Below, in pieces: positions 1-7,988 of a DNA stretch of 64,000 nucleotides; positions within the stretch are counted from its first letter, which is position 1, and each line of letters begins with the position of its first letter. A program made the translations under genes and the position numbers. The notes under the pieces were generated by a model. The model was not told the origin of the DNA and searched no databases. It saw nothing but the letters and a program-made list of their open reading frames with translations. The DNA is from a virus (taxonomy: Duplodnaviria; Caudoviricetes): IMG/VR virus record IMGVR_UViG_3300017747_002675, positions 15 through 64,014 of that record; one strand, 5' to 3'.

Positions 1-1
1 C

Positions 2-232
2 GCAACCGGTGCGCAGGGTGCAACTGGAGCAACTGGGGCACAAGGTGCACAGGGGCCGCAAGGTGACGTTGGCCCGCAAGGCGCTACAGGTGCGCAAGGA
101 GCTACTGGTCCACAAGGCGCAACGGGCGCACAAGGTGCGACCGGTGCGCAAGGTGCAACTGGTCCGCAAGGCGATGTTGGACCTCAAGGCGCAACAGGTG
201 CACAGGGTGCGCAAGGACCGCAAGGAGATTCC
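2..232 (+). repeat. Collagen-like Gly-X-Y coding repeat
   Basis: Imperfect 9-bp tandem units (ggt gca act / ggc gca caa / ggt ccg caa). Confidence 0.9.
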
Positions 233-961
233 GGCGTGTCGCCCATTGGCTCGGTTGTCATGTGGTCAGGGACAAGCGCAAGCATCCCGAGCGGATGGCT
301 TCTCTGCGATGGAACAGTTTATAACATATCATCGTACAACACGCTGGGCAATCTTTTGCTTTCACGGTACGGTGGAAACGGCACAACGACGTTTGCTGTA
401 CCAAACTTCACTGGTCGAGTGCCTGAAGGTATCACTGGTGCGCCTACGGTCCCTGACACTATTACAAGTAGCGCATCGTCTGCAGTCGACGCTCACACGC
501 ACTCAGTAAACTCCTCATTTACCGCTGGAAACGCAACAGCGCACACTCACCCATTAAGTGGCTCAACAACGAATGAGTCAACACTTCATTACCACTTTTG
601 GTCAGCGGCTGGAATAAGCACAAGCAACTCTGGAAACCACACCCATAGTTACTTTAAGCCTAACTCTGGCGCAAACAACAACACTGGTGGTGGCGGAGAT
701 CACGGTCATACATGGTCAATTTACGGTCAGGGCAACGGGTCACAAGTTGCAAGTGACGGCAACGCAAACGCATACCATGTTCACTACCTAACAAACGATG
801 GTGGCAGAACTGGTGCTAACGCTGCGGTAAACAGCAACTCCACAACAACGGTCAACTCGTCGTTTAGTGCCGGAACAGCAACAACTGTAAATGCCTCAAC
901 GCTGGCACACACTCACACCGTGGCAACTACAAATATTCTCTTTATCATTAGGGCTTCATGA
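2..961 (+). CDS. Collagen-repeat tail fibre with tail-collar domain and His-x-His needle (5' partial)
   Basis: The frame from base 2 reads uninterrupted Gly-X-Y ([12 protein letters not shown]) and continues in frame into ORF 236..961. It carries the collar motif [31 protein letters not shown], then seven HxH motifs. The true start is upstream of the window. Confidence 0.85.
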   Translation, partial: ATGAQGATGATGAQGAQGPQGDVGPQGATGAQGATGPQGATGAQGATGAQGATGPQGDVGPQGATGAQGAQGPQGDSGVSPIGSVVMWSGTSASIPSGWLLCDGTVYNISSYNTLGNLLLSRYGGNGTTTFAVPNFTGRVPEGITGAPTVPDTITSSASSAVDAHTHSVNSSFTAGNATAHTHPLSGSTTNESTLHYHFWSAAGISTSNSGNHTHSYFKPNSGANNNTGGGGDHGHTWSIYGQGNGSQVASDGNANAYHVHYLTNDGGRTGANAAVNSNSTTTVNSSFSAGTATTVNASTLAHTHTVATTNILFIIRAS

Positions 962-1677
962 TGAAACTTAGCGATTGCAGTAACGAACACGGACGTATCG
1001 GTTTCTGGGAAAAAATTGTTGGAGATACTGACGATGTAGGGTTCTTTGGCATCGCGCAGCATATTGCAATTACCAACATTCAAGTCGAGCAGGATGGAAG
1101 CATTAGATGCGATTCCACATCACGAAAAGGTCCGCAGGGATTTCATCAATGGTTAGGCGATAGATGCTCATGTGGGAAGCTTGAGCCGCCATATGGCCCT
1201 ACTGGAAATCATCACATCGCTTTTGGCCAACTTGCTGCGATTTTTCCAGTGATCGAAGCGCTACCGTATGGCCACATCATGTACTTCGAACTACAAGATC
1301 CGGCTAATGAAGTGAAGGCAATAGAAGAAATTCATAGTGATTGCGCGCGAACACTACAAGAGGTGTTCCGGCTTCTTCTTGAATGGGATTTTGCGTATAC
1401 GCATCTTGGAAGTACAGAGCGAATTGCAGAAGTTAGCCACGGAATCGTAGAAGTGCTGGAGATACCGGAGCCCATTAAAAGCTGGATTCTTACTGAAGTC
1501 CCAATGGAAAAAGTTAGCAGATTTCTAGCAGGAATGTCAAACGCGCAGGAAAGAACAGAAATTTCTCAAATTCCAGCGCTAAGCGACGAATTTAGCGAGT
1601 GGCTATACGGTAAGATTTCAACGACGAGATCAATCGGAGAATACGATGCAGATACAAGTGACACAACCGGCAGGTGA
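958..1677 (+). CDS. Fibre-associated protein (possible assembly chaperone), paralogue of the C-terminus of 20221..21381
   Basis: ATGA coupling to the fibre gene; shares H..C.A.T..E.FR...EW....LG..E..A...H..L..P...L..VP...V..G with 20221..21381. Confidence 0.6.
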   Translation: MMKLSDCSNEHGRIGFWEKIVGDTDDVGFFGIAQHIAITNIQVEQDGSIRCDSTSRKGPQGFHQWLGDRCSCGKLEPPYGPTGNHHIAFGQLAAIFPVIEALPYGHIMYFELQDPANEVKAIEEIHSDCARTLQEVFRLLLEWDFAYTHLGSTERIAEVSHGIVEVLEIPEPIKSWILTEVPMEKVSRFLAGMSNAQERTEISQIPALSDEFSEWLYGKISTTRSIGEYDADTSDTTGR

Positions 1678-2470
1678 GGCCGGGCTAATTACTGTAGTTG
1701 ACGGACTACTTGACGCCGAGTATTGTTCAAGATTCATTGAAAGACTTGCCACGGTGTGGGATAGGTCGCATCAAGGAAAGACACTGAGTGGAGTCAACTG
1801 GGCGACAAAGACGACCGAAGATATTCACGTCTCCGAGTACGCGTTTAGAGAGCTTGGGATCGAGTACGATTACAAGTGGCACGACCTTGAAATGCATTTT
1901 GCCAACGGTCTAATATCTGCGGTCTCGATGTACAAACAACAGTATAGACACCTAGACACGTGGACCGACATTGGCGACACCGGGTTTCAAGTGCAGAAGT
2001 ATCACAGAAACTTTGGATACTACCGTCCGCATGTTGACTCATTTCCATCGCATAACTCATCCGTCGCTAACAGAGTCTTGGCGTCGGTGATGTATCTAAA
2101 CGACGTTGAACATGGTGGAGAAACAAACTTTCCGTTGCATGGAGTAAAGGTGACCCCTCGCGCTGGACGAATAGTTCTATTCCCAGCAGTTTGGACTCAT
2201 CCTCATGAGTCATGCGTACCGATTAGCGGCGACAAATGGATCATTTCTACGTTTATCGTCAATGACTACTACGATGAAAACGGTCAAGCAGTTGATCAAA
2301 GTCAGCATCAGGAAGTTCATTCAAACGATGAACATTTCCACCCATCACCTGGGCATGACCACGATCATCCAATCGTTCTTTCGAATCAAAACGAGCTTCT
2401 TCAACGAGAGCATTATCATAAGTGCGTACAGTGCGCAAATAACGAAGCTCACGAATGCACAGTTCTATGA
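1646..2470 (+). CDS. 2OG-Fe(II) oxygenase, prolyl-4-hydroxylase-like, with His-rich C-terminal tail
   Basis: FQVQKY..YYRPHVD (HxD), VMYLNDVEHGGETNF, HPHES (distal His), GDKWIIS (2OG-binding Lys). Confidence 0.85.
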   Translation: MQIQVTQPAGEAGLITVVDGLLDAEYCSRFIERLATVWDRSHQGKTLSGVNWATKTTEDIHVSEYAFRELGIEYDYKWHDLEMHFANGLISAVSMYKQQYRHLDTWTDIGDTGFQVQKYHRNFGYYRPHVDSFPSHNSSVANRVLASVMYLNDVEHGGETNFPLHGVKVTPRAGRIVLFPAVWTHPHESCVPISGDKWIISTFIVNDYYDENGQAVDQSQHQEVHSNDEHFHPSPGHDHDHPIVLSNQNELLQREHYHKCVQCANNEAHECTVL

Positions 2471-3264
2471 AAACAGTATCGATAATTACGCCAACGTACA
2501 ACACTGACCCAGACGTCTTAGCAAGAACATGGGCGTCTCTTAAAAGACAGACATTTACAGACTGGGAGTGGGTGATATGGGATGACTCGACTGACTCTTC
2601 GGTAGGCGCGCAAATATATGGATTTGCTTCTGATGAACGTTTCAACATTCAAATGCACACTTCTCACGTGCATTCTGGGAATATTGGAAGAGTAAAAAGA
2701 AAAGCGTTTATGTCAGCGGAAGGTCGAATCTTACTAGAGCTCGACCACGACGACGAGCTAACGCCAGACTGTCTACATGAGGTTGTAGAAGCTTTTAACG
2801 ATGAGTCAGTTGGCTTCGTATACTCAGACTGGTGCGAGCTTCTTGCTGATGGACAGTCTGGTAGATACCCAGACGGATGGGCTTTCGGCTTCGGTTCTGA
2901 CTATTGGTCGGACGAGCACGGCGTCTGGGTGATGTCTGCACCCGAGATCAACCCGACGACCATGAAGCACATCGTGTCCGCGCCTAATCATGTTCGAGCG
3001 TGGCGTGCAGACGTGTATAGAAAGCTCAACGGGCATAATCCCGCATACGTTGTTGCAGATGATTATGAACTAGTTGTAAGAACGTTTCTTGAGACAAAGT
3101 TTTTTCACATCAAGAAGCTTCTATACAAACAGCACATCGGGCCGTCAACTGCCCAAAGACAAAGAAACGCACTAATTCAAGATCTCGTCGCTTCTATTTC
3201 AGCGGAATACAGCGATAGAATAGACGCAAGATTTGAAGAACTAAATAAGACGGAGATGAAGTAA
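2467..3264 (+). CDS. Glycosyltransferase family 2 (GT-A fold)
   Basis: VSIITPTYN, WVIWDDS, LELDHDDEL (DxD-like), ADDYELVVR; start inferred at ATG 2467 overlapping the upstream TGA. Confidence 0.85.
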   Translation: MKTVSIITPTYNTDPDVLARTWASLKRQTFTDWEWVIWDDSTDSSVGAQIYGFASDERFNIQMHTSHVHSGNIGRVKRKAFMSAEGRILLELDHDDELTPDCLHEVVEAFNDESVGFVYSDWCELLADGQSGRYPDGWAFGFGSDYWSDEHGVWVMSAPEINPTTMKHIVSAPNHVRAWRADVYRKLNGHNPAYVVADDYELVVRTFLETKFFHIKKLLYKQHIGPSTAQRQRNALIQDLVASISAEYSDRIDARFEELNKTEMK

Positions 3265-3407
3265 TGGCAGAAAACATAGAACTTGACATCGACAAGATCG
3301 TACTAAGTCTTACTAATCAGATCGCCCAGCAGGCTCAGAAGATCGCCATTCTTGAGGCAACTGTTGATGCTCTAAACACAGCTCTTAACAAAAAAGAAGA
3401 CAACTAG
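3264..3407 (+). CDS. 47-aa coiled-coil hypothetical protein (not in the ORF track)
   Basis: ATG overlaps the GT2 TAA; MAENIELDIDKIVLSLTNQIAQQAQKIAILEATVDALNTALNKKEDN*; its TAG overlaps the WhiB stop in CTAG at the convergence point. Confidence 0.65.
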   Translation: MAENIELDIDKIVLSLTNQIAQQAQKIAILEATVDALNTALNKKEDN

Positions 3408-3889
3408 TCTTTTTTCTTTTTCTTCTCGTTTTCTGATTTCTTGCGAGAAGCGTGATACGCGGTTACAGCGTTCGCACTCGTGCGGCTTCTCCACGTAAAC
3501 TCGCATTCTGAACACTTAACGAGTTTCATTGTTGTCCAACGCCCGCCTTCAGGTGACGGCGCGACGACTACAGAAAGTTTTACTGGACGAGCTCCACAGT
3601 ACGGGCAGTTCGGAAATCTTGTTCTACGTATTTCCTTACCCTCATGCGACAATGACAGAGTTCTTCTAATCTCTGCCTCGTCCTTTCCACCCCAGACTCC
3701 CCAGATTTCTTTGTTCTCAAGAGCGTACTTTAAGCATTCCTTGCGGACGTCGCATTGAAAGCACAGGTTTCTAGCGTCATATTTTTCTCGCGGCACAGCG
3801 GAGAAAAAGTAAGACGACATGTGCTTGTTACTGCGTTTGCCGCATTCAGCTTCGTCCATCCACTCAAAGTCGCCTACACCTTTTGGCAT
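3404..3889 (-). CDS. whiB: WhiB-family Fe-S transcription factor with C-terminal zinc ribbon
   Basis: W...AEC..FF..ARNLCFQCDVRKECL.YAL..WGVWGG, followed by CPYC..CSEC. Confidence 0.9.
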   Translation of the reverse strand: MPKGVGDFEWMDEAECGKRSNKHMSSYFFSAVPREKYDARNLCFQCDVRKECLKYALENKEIWGVWGGKDEAEIRRTLSLSHEGKEIRRTRFPNCPYCGARPVKLSVVVAPSPEGGRWTTMKLVKCSECEFTWRSRTSANAVTAYHASRKKSENEKKKKKD

Positions 3890-4248
3890 TGAATCTCCAC
3901 CCAGGTCACCTCGAGAACTTCGTCAACGTCATCTCCGTCGCGTGTCTCGCCGTCCTGGGCGCAGATTGTCATGTCGGTGTCTCCATCGACGCAGCCGGCG
4001 TACCCGAGGATCGAAGTGGCACCGTCTAAAAGTCTGTATCCTTCACCTAACGAGACGGCGATCCCGTCTCTTTGCAGTGCGGATGCAAGAGCTCTTTTTA
4101 CTACGTCGTTCTCAAGATCTACGTGTCCGACCGTGCAAAACGTCGCTAGATCTCTGTCAAAAAAGTCGTAGTCTTCTCCAGACCATTCGACCCAGAGAGA
4201 TTCACCAATTCTAGAATCTTTCATAGTAGAAAGATTGTATCTTGTCAC
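3874..4248 (-). CDS. Hypothetical acidic protein
   Basis: ORF on the coding strand overlapping whiB; start uncertain (GTG 4248 or ATG 4224). Confidence 0.6.
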   Translation of the reverse strand: MTRYNLSTMKDSRIGESLWVEWSGEDYDFFDRDLATFCTVGHVDLENDVVKRALASALQRDGIAVSLGEGYRLLDGATSILGYAGCVDGDTDMTICAQDGETRDGDDVDEVLEVTWVEIQCQKV

Positions 4249-4326
4249 GTGCCGTAAGCGCGGTAATCTTGGCTGGATTGTTCATGTTAGCGGATGAGAC
4301 GCTGAATTAGAGGCCTTCTACAGGGT

Positions 4327-4839
4327 TTAGGCCGCTATAACGTACCCGTCTTGGTGCGGCCACAGGTACTCGTACCCGTCGGGCCGCGTGCCGGCGTCTT
4401 CGGGCCATTTGAACTGCGAGTACCACTCGTAGTTCTTGTTCAGAAGCGCGACGCGATGAGTAGAGCACAGATTCTCAAAGTACTGAAGGTCCTGCATCCA
4501 CGAAGGCAGTGTGATGTCACTGGAAATTCTGCCCAAGGACACGGCGGTGTCGTACGTACGCAGCGTCTTCTCGAGTAACGTCGACTTGTACCCTCGTGAG
4601 CGCCACTCAAAATACGTAGCGGTAATGTACGAAACAAGCAGCGTCTCGTGCCCTCGCCACATCTTGACTACTGGATGGCTAGACCAGCCTTTGGGTTCGC
4701 GGTCGTTACCGTCTGGGTCAAGCCTGCACATCGTAAGCAGGCACTGCCACGCCTCAAGGGTCTGCTTGTGTAGGCGCTTGTTGTCAAGCACCGCGGCCGT
4801 TTCTTCAAACGAATTTGTAGATACAAGAAAAGATTGCAT
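4327..4839 (-). CDS. MSMEG_6728-like / pyrimidine-dimer DNA glycosylase (T4 endonuclease V-like) family protein
   Basis: MQSFL..F..TAAVLDNKRLHKQ.LEA.Q..GW..HP.V.MWRG.E..L..Y..EW..RGY..HR..LL.K. Confidence 0.75.
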   Translation of the reverse strand: MQSFLVSTNSFEETAAVLDNKRLHKQTLEAWQCLLTMCRLDPDGNDREPKGWSSHPVVKMWRGHETLLVSYITATYFEWRSRGYKSTLLEKTLRTYDTAVSLGRISSDITLPSWMQDLQYFENLCSTHRVALLNKNYEWYSQFKWPEDAGTRPDGYEYLWPHQDGYVIAA

Positions 4840-4868
4840 GAGTCACTCCGTCACTGTTTAGAACAATG

Positions 4869-4877
4869 ATTATATCA
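4869..4877 (-). promoter_or_regulatory. Candidate extended -10 promoter TGATATAAT
   Basis: Perfect TGn-TATAAT in the intergenic gap upstream of 4327..4839. Confidence 0.5.
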
Positions 4878-4912
4878 GGACGGCTGAAAATCTTGTGACG
4901 CACGCTTTTATG

Positions 4913-6154
4913 TTATTCTTGGTAGAAGTTCTTCTTCACGAAGTTACGGCTAAATCCCTTGTCGGTGTCCAAAAGCCACTCGCGTTCGCCGATCAACTCG
5001 CCTTGCGGTCCGTTTGGCTGGCCATTAAGGGCAGCGGCCGTTGCCTCGCCGATCCACGTTGCCGCCTGCACGGCAACTGCCTTACCCCACGTCGCCCCAA
5101 GAGCCGAGTAGTTGTTGACGCTTACAAATTCCCAGTCATCGGGAAGACCTTGAATTCTTGCGGCTTCTCTGTGGGTGATACGACGTGGCTGCGTCGGGTG
5201 AACGATGTGATCAAGAGCGCTGCCTGTCATAACGTGGCAGAACGAGTTCGCGTCCCAGCGGGCTGGAAGCGAGAATCCCATGTAGAAGTCATTCAGGCGA
5301 ATCTTCTCTTCCTTTGTCGCCCAAGACTGTGGGAACCTGTTTCCGTTCTTTTCGACGGCTTCCTTAAGAGCGACGTTCAAAGCGTCCATAGGCTTCCATC
5401 CTTCGTTTCCGAGGATGTCGAAGATCTCTTGAATTCTCTGTGACTCGAGGTTTGTTCTGTTCATGTGACCGTCGACGTAACCGTCTTGGTTTCTCAGGTT
5501 TGCAACAAACTTCGACGGCTCAGCGTTGTACTTCTGCTTGTTCCAGGTAATCTCAAGATTTTCGAGGTCACCGATCACGTCGATCATCTTAGGCATTTCC
5601 TTTGGCATCTCCGCGTGGGCGCCAAAAGGCATACCGCTTTCAACAGCTACCCAGAAGTAGCGCATACGATACGAGAAACCGCCAAGCATAAGGTTGTTGT
5701 GCTTGACGTGGTACAGGTCGTACTTCTTGTTTGACAGCTCCTCGAGCATGTCGCGGTATTGGTTCATCACCGCACGACCCTGCGTATACGCCTGCTGTAC
5801 GCATTCAAACACGACCATCTTTGGTTTGATTCTAGCGGCGTACTTCATGAACGCGCGTGTGTGCTCGTGCGCCTTTGCATCAGGACCTCTGTTTGCTGGA
5901 CCCGACCACAGCGACCATCCGGAGCACGGAGGACAACCAAGCACGACGTCGGCGCTCATGTCAGGCCAATCATTCGGATCTTCAGAAAAGAAAGACGTCC
6001 ACTCGTTACCGAGATGTTTTCTGTTTACCTCGGCGACTGGGTTTCCAAAGTTGAGAGTGCCAGTTCTGACCTTCATGTCGATGCCGGATCTTACGAAGCC
6101 AAGGCTCATAAAACCGGCGAGGCCGTTACAGTCGATAAACGTCGGATTGCTCAT
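4913..6154 (-). CDS. Divergent DNA (cytosine-5)-methyltransferase-fold protein
   Basis: Motif I variant CNGLAGF, IV GCPPCSGWS, VI variant FECV, VIII YRMRYF, IX REAARIQGLPD, X variant WGKAV. Confidence 0.8.
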   Translation of the reverse strand: MSNPTFIDCNGLAGFMSLGFVRSGIDMKVRTGTLNFGNPVAEVNRKHLGNEWTSFFSEDPNDWPDMSADVVLGCPPCSGWSLWSGPANRGPDAKAHEHTRAFMKYAARIKPKMVVFECVQQAYTQGRAVMNQYRDMLEELSNKKYDLYHVKHNNLMLGGFSYRMRYFWVAVESGMPFGAHAEMPKEMPKMIDVIGDLENLEITWNKQKYNAEPSKFVANLRNQDGYVDGHMNRTNLESQRIQEIFDILGNEGWKPMDALNVALKEAVEKNGNRFPQSWATKEEKIRLNDFYMGFSLPARWDANSFCHVMTGSALDHIVHPTQPRRITHREAARIQGLPDDWEFVSVNNYSALGATWGKAVAVQAATWIGEATAAALNGQPNGPQGELIGEREWLLDTDKGFSRNFVKKNFYQE

Positions 6155-6198
6155 TGTTCTTCCTCGTTGTCTAATGCGATGGTTAACACTAACACGTA

Positions 6199-6495
6199 TT
6201 ACTTAGAGACCTGACTATTTAGACCAACTTCGTAGCCGCATGCAGCGTACCCAGCGATGTCCGTCCACGTATCGGGTTGAAACCCAGAGTTAGATGCGTA
6301 ACGGGCCACCTTGACGGCAACCATCGCCATAGCGACGTCTTCGTTGGTGAACTCTCTACCAAAAAGAACACCCCATATTTTGGCGATTCTTCCAAAGTTA
6401 TCTTCAGGTCCCCCGTACTGCGTGTCACGCTGGCCCGAGATTATCTTCGCGGCAGTTTCAAGCATTTCCTGCCGCGGGCTCTTTTCGTTCTTCAT
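6199..6495 (-). CDS. DUF6378-like phage protein
   Basis: R..ML..A..II.G.R...YG.PEDNF..IA..W..DVAMAM...K.AR..DIAGYAACG pattern. Confidence 0.7.
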   Translation of the reverse strand: MKNEKSPRQEMLETAAKIISGQRDTQYGGPEDNFGRIAKIWGVLFGREFTNEDVAMAMVAVKVARYASNSGFQPDTWTDIAGYAACGYEVGLNSQVSK

Positions 6496-6692
6496 GCCTT
6501 CACCCTCGCGATCAATTTAGCGACGTAGAACGCGGAATCTGGGTCATCTTCAGGTTGCGAGACAAACACCTCCGAGTCAAGAGGGATAGTTGCCGACTGG
6601 TCTTGAATGAACTCGCACCACTTGCTCGTGAGAGACTCTTGAATTTCTTCAAACGTTCTGCCGGTGCATTTCATCTCGATGTGAAGTCTCAC
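6492..6692 (-). CDS. Hypothetical protein
   Basis: Translationally coupled small ORF on the coding strand. Confidence 0.6.
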   Translation of the reverse strand: MRLHIEMKCTGRTFEEIQESLTSKWCEFIQDQSATIPLDSEVFVSQPEDDPDSAFYVAKLIARVKA

Positions 6693-6694
6693 TT

Positions 6695-6895
6695 CTACTC
6701 CTCGTACTCGCTGATGTCTTCAAACTCTGCCTTTATTCCGTAGCCGACTCGTTGGTACAAAAGACCGCCGTCTACAAATATCCCCGTGTCCGCGTCTTCC
6801 GGACATTCGCAGCGGACGAAGTCGTGTCTGTGTACCGACTCGATTACCTTTCCGCACGTTAGGCACTTAAGAGCGTTACGAACTAGCTTCGCCAT
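6695..6895 (-). CDS. Small Cys/His (Zn-binding) phage protein
   Basis: NALKCLTCGKVIES.HRHDFVRCEC..VDGG pattern common in phages. Confidence 0.7.
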   Translation of the reverse strand: MAKLVRNALKCLTCGKVIESVHRHDFVRCECPEDADTGIFVDGGLLYQRVGYGIKAEFEDISEYEE

Positions 6896-7268
6896 TTAGA
6901 AGTTTCTCCCTGTCTACAACTTCAAATCCGGGTGGAGCAAGATCTGGGCTTATAGTTCTGTACCAGCCACTTCTTACCATCAACACGCCGCGCTCGCCCG
7001 TCACTTCGCAGGTTTCCCAGGCGATCTGTTCGTATCTGCGTACGACGCTGTTCATTTCCTCGAACAGGTCTGTCTTAGTATTGAAGTAGTATCTAAGACC
7101 GCCAAATTTTTCCTTGATCTGCTGTATCGTATAGTCCGGGTCTATTGCACTCAACTCTTCGTCAAGTTTAACGATGAGTGAGTGCCAGCCTGGAGAACAG
7201 TCAATTCTTCTTGACCAATTTTCTTCAAATCTTGAAAGAACTGCAGAAAGATCAATCTTACTGTCCAT
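6876..7268 (-). CDS. Conserved hypothetical phage protein
   Basis: GW..L..L..QIKEKFGGLRYY..CEVTG motif. Confidence 0.7.
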   Translation of the reverse strand: MDSKIDLSAVLSRFEENWSRRIDCSPGWHSLIVKLDEELSAIDPDYTIQQIKEKFGGLRYYFNTKTDLFEEMNSVVRRYEQIAWETCEVTGERGVLMVRSGWYRTISPDLAPPGFEVVDREKLLNGEASS

Positions 7269-7269
7269 G

Positions 7270-7506
7270 CTATATCGAAGCGATCTTTTTCTCTAGTTTA
7301 TACGCAGGGTGTCTGGCAGATGGTATGTGCGGAGTCTTGTAGTCTATAGTAGTGACGTAGATGTCGCCACCCTTGACTTCTACAACCTTAACAAGTCTTC
7401 CGTTATGAAGCCTGCCAGCATCTGTGCCATATGCGTCTTTTTTCACTCTCAAAACGTCGTCAATTTTTATCTCAAGAGACGAGGCATCTTCCCATAGGTC
7501 GTTCAT
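7270..7506 (-). CDS. Hypothetical protein
   Basis: Start inferred at ATG 7506 overlapping the upstream TGA (the ORF track extends to 7536). Confidence 0.55.
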   Translation of the reverse strand: MNDLWEDASSLEIKIDDVLRVKKDAYGTDAGRLHNGRLVKVVEVKGGDIYVTTIDYKTPHIPSARHPAYKLEKKIASI

Positions 7507-7988
7507 GACCCGCCTTTTGACGTCTGCTGCGGGCACGACGATTCAAGGCATGAGTTGACGTCATAATCGTCAAGAGCTCTGAAGCACTGGGTGCACTTGA
7601 CACCACTGTCAAGAACTCTGTAGCCGTTCTTTTGACGATCAGCGTTCTTCTGCATCTTAGCCAGATACTCAGCGTCAAGTTCTTCGTCCGTCGCGCCGGC
7701 GGCGCAAAGAATATTTGCCACAAAGTGCAGAACGTCGACGCATTCCTTGAGGATCTCGTGGCGATCGGCGTACGGGTCATCGTGCTGCCAAGGCTTCCAC
7801 GAGATGGCCTTACGGACCTCAGCGAGCTCGTCGTCGATCGCCAGCATGTTCCAGCGGATGTACTCGATAAGGTTTCTTAGATCGGCATGCTCGTCGCTAT
7901 GAAACGACGAGTAGTCGACGTTGTACACATCTGTTTGCAGTTGGCGAGTCTTCTCTAGCCACTTGCCAAATAGCACCTTGTCTGTCAC
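7503..7988 (-). CDS. All-alpha dCTPase/dUTPase (T4 gp56-like, MazG superfamily)
   Basis: DELAE..SWKPW..KECVDVLHF..N..Y..K..N..RQ..GY matches the gp56/dimeric dUTPase signature. Confidence 0.8.
   Translation of the reverse strand: MTDKVLFGKWLEKTRQLQTDVYNVDYSSFHSDEHADLRNLIEYIRWNMLAIDDELAEVRKAISWKPWQHDDPYADRHEILKECVDVLHFVANILCAAGATDEELDAEYLAKMQKNADRQKNGYRVLDSGVKCTQCFRALDDYDVNSCLESSCPQQTSKGGS

Noticed and set aside
9-509. 166-aa ORF in the track
   Set aside because: Off-frame reading of the collagen repeat; the real frame starts at base 2 and joins 236..961
1646-2470. 2OG oxygenase as a TET/JBP DNA hydroxylase working with the C5-MTase
   Set aside because: Motifs (YLNDV..GGET.F, HES, KW) are P4H-type, and the gene lies in the fibre cassette on the opposite strand; not excluded but unsupported
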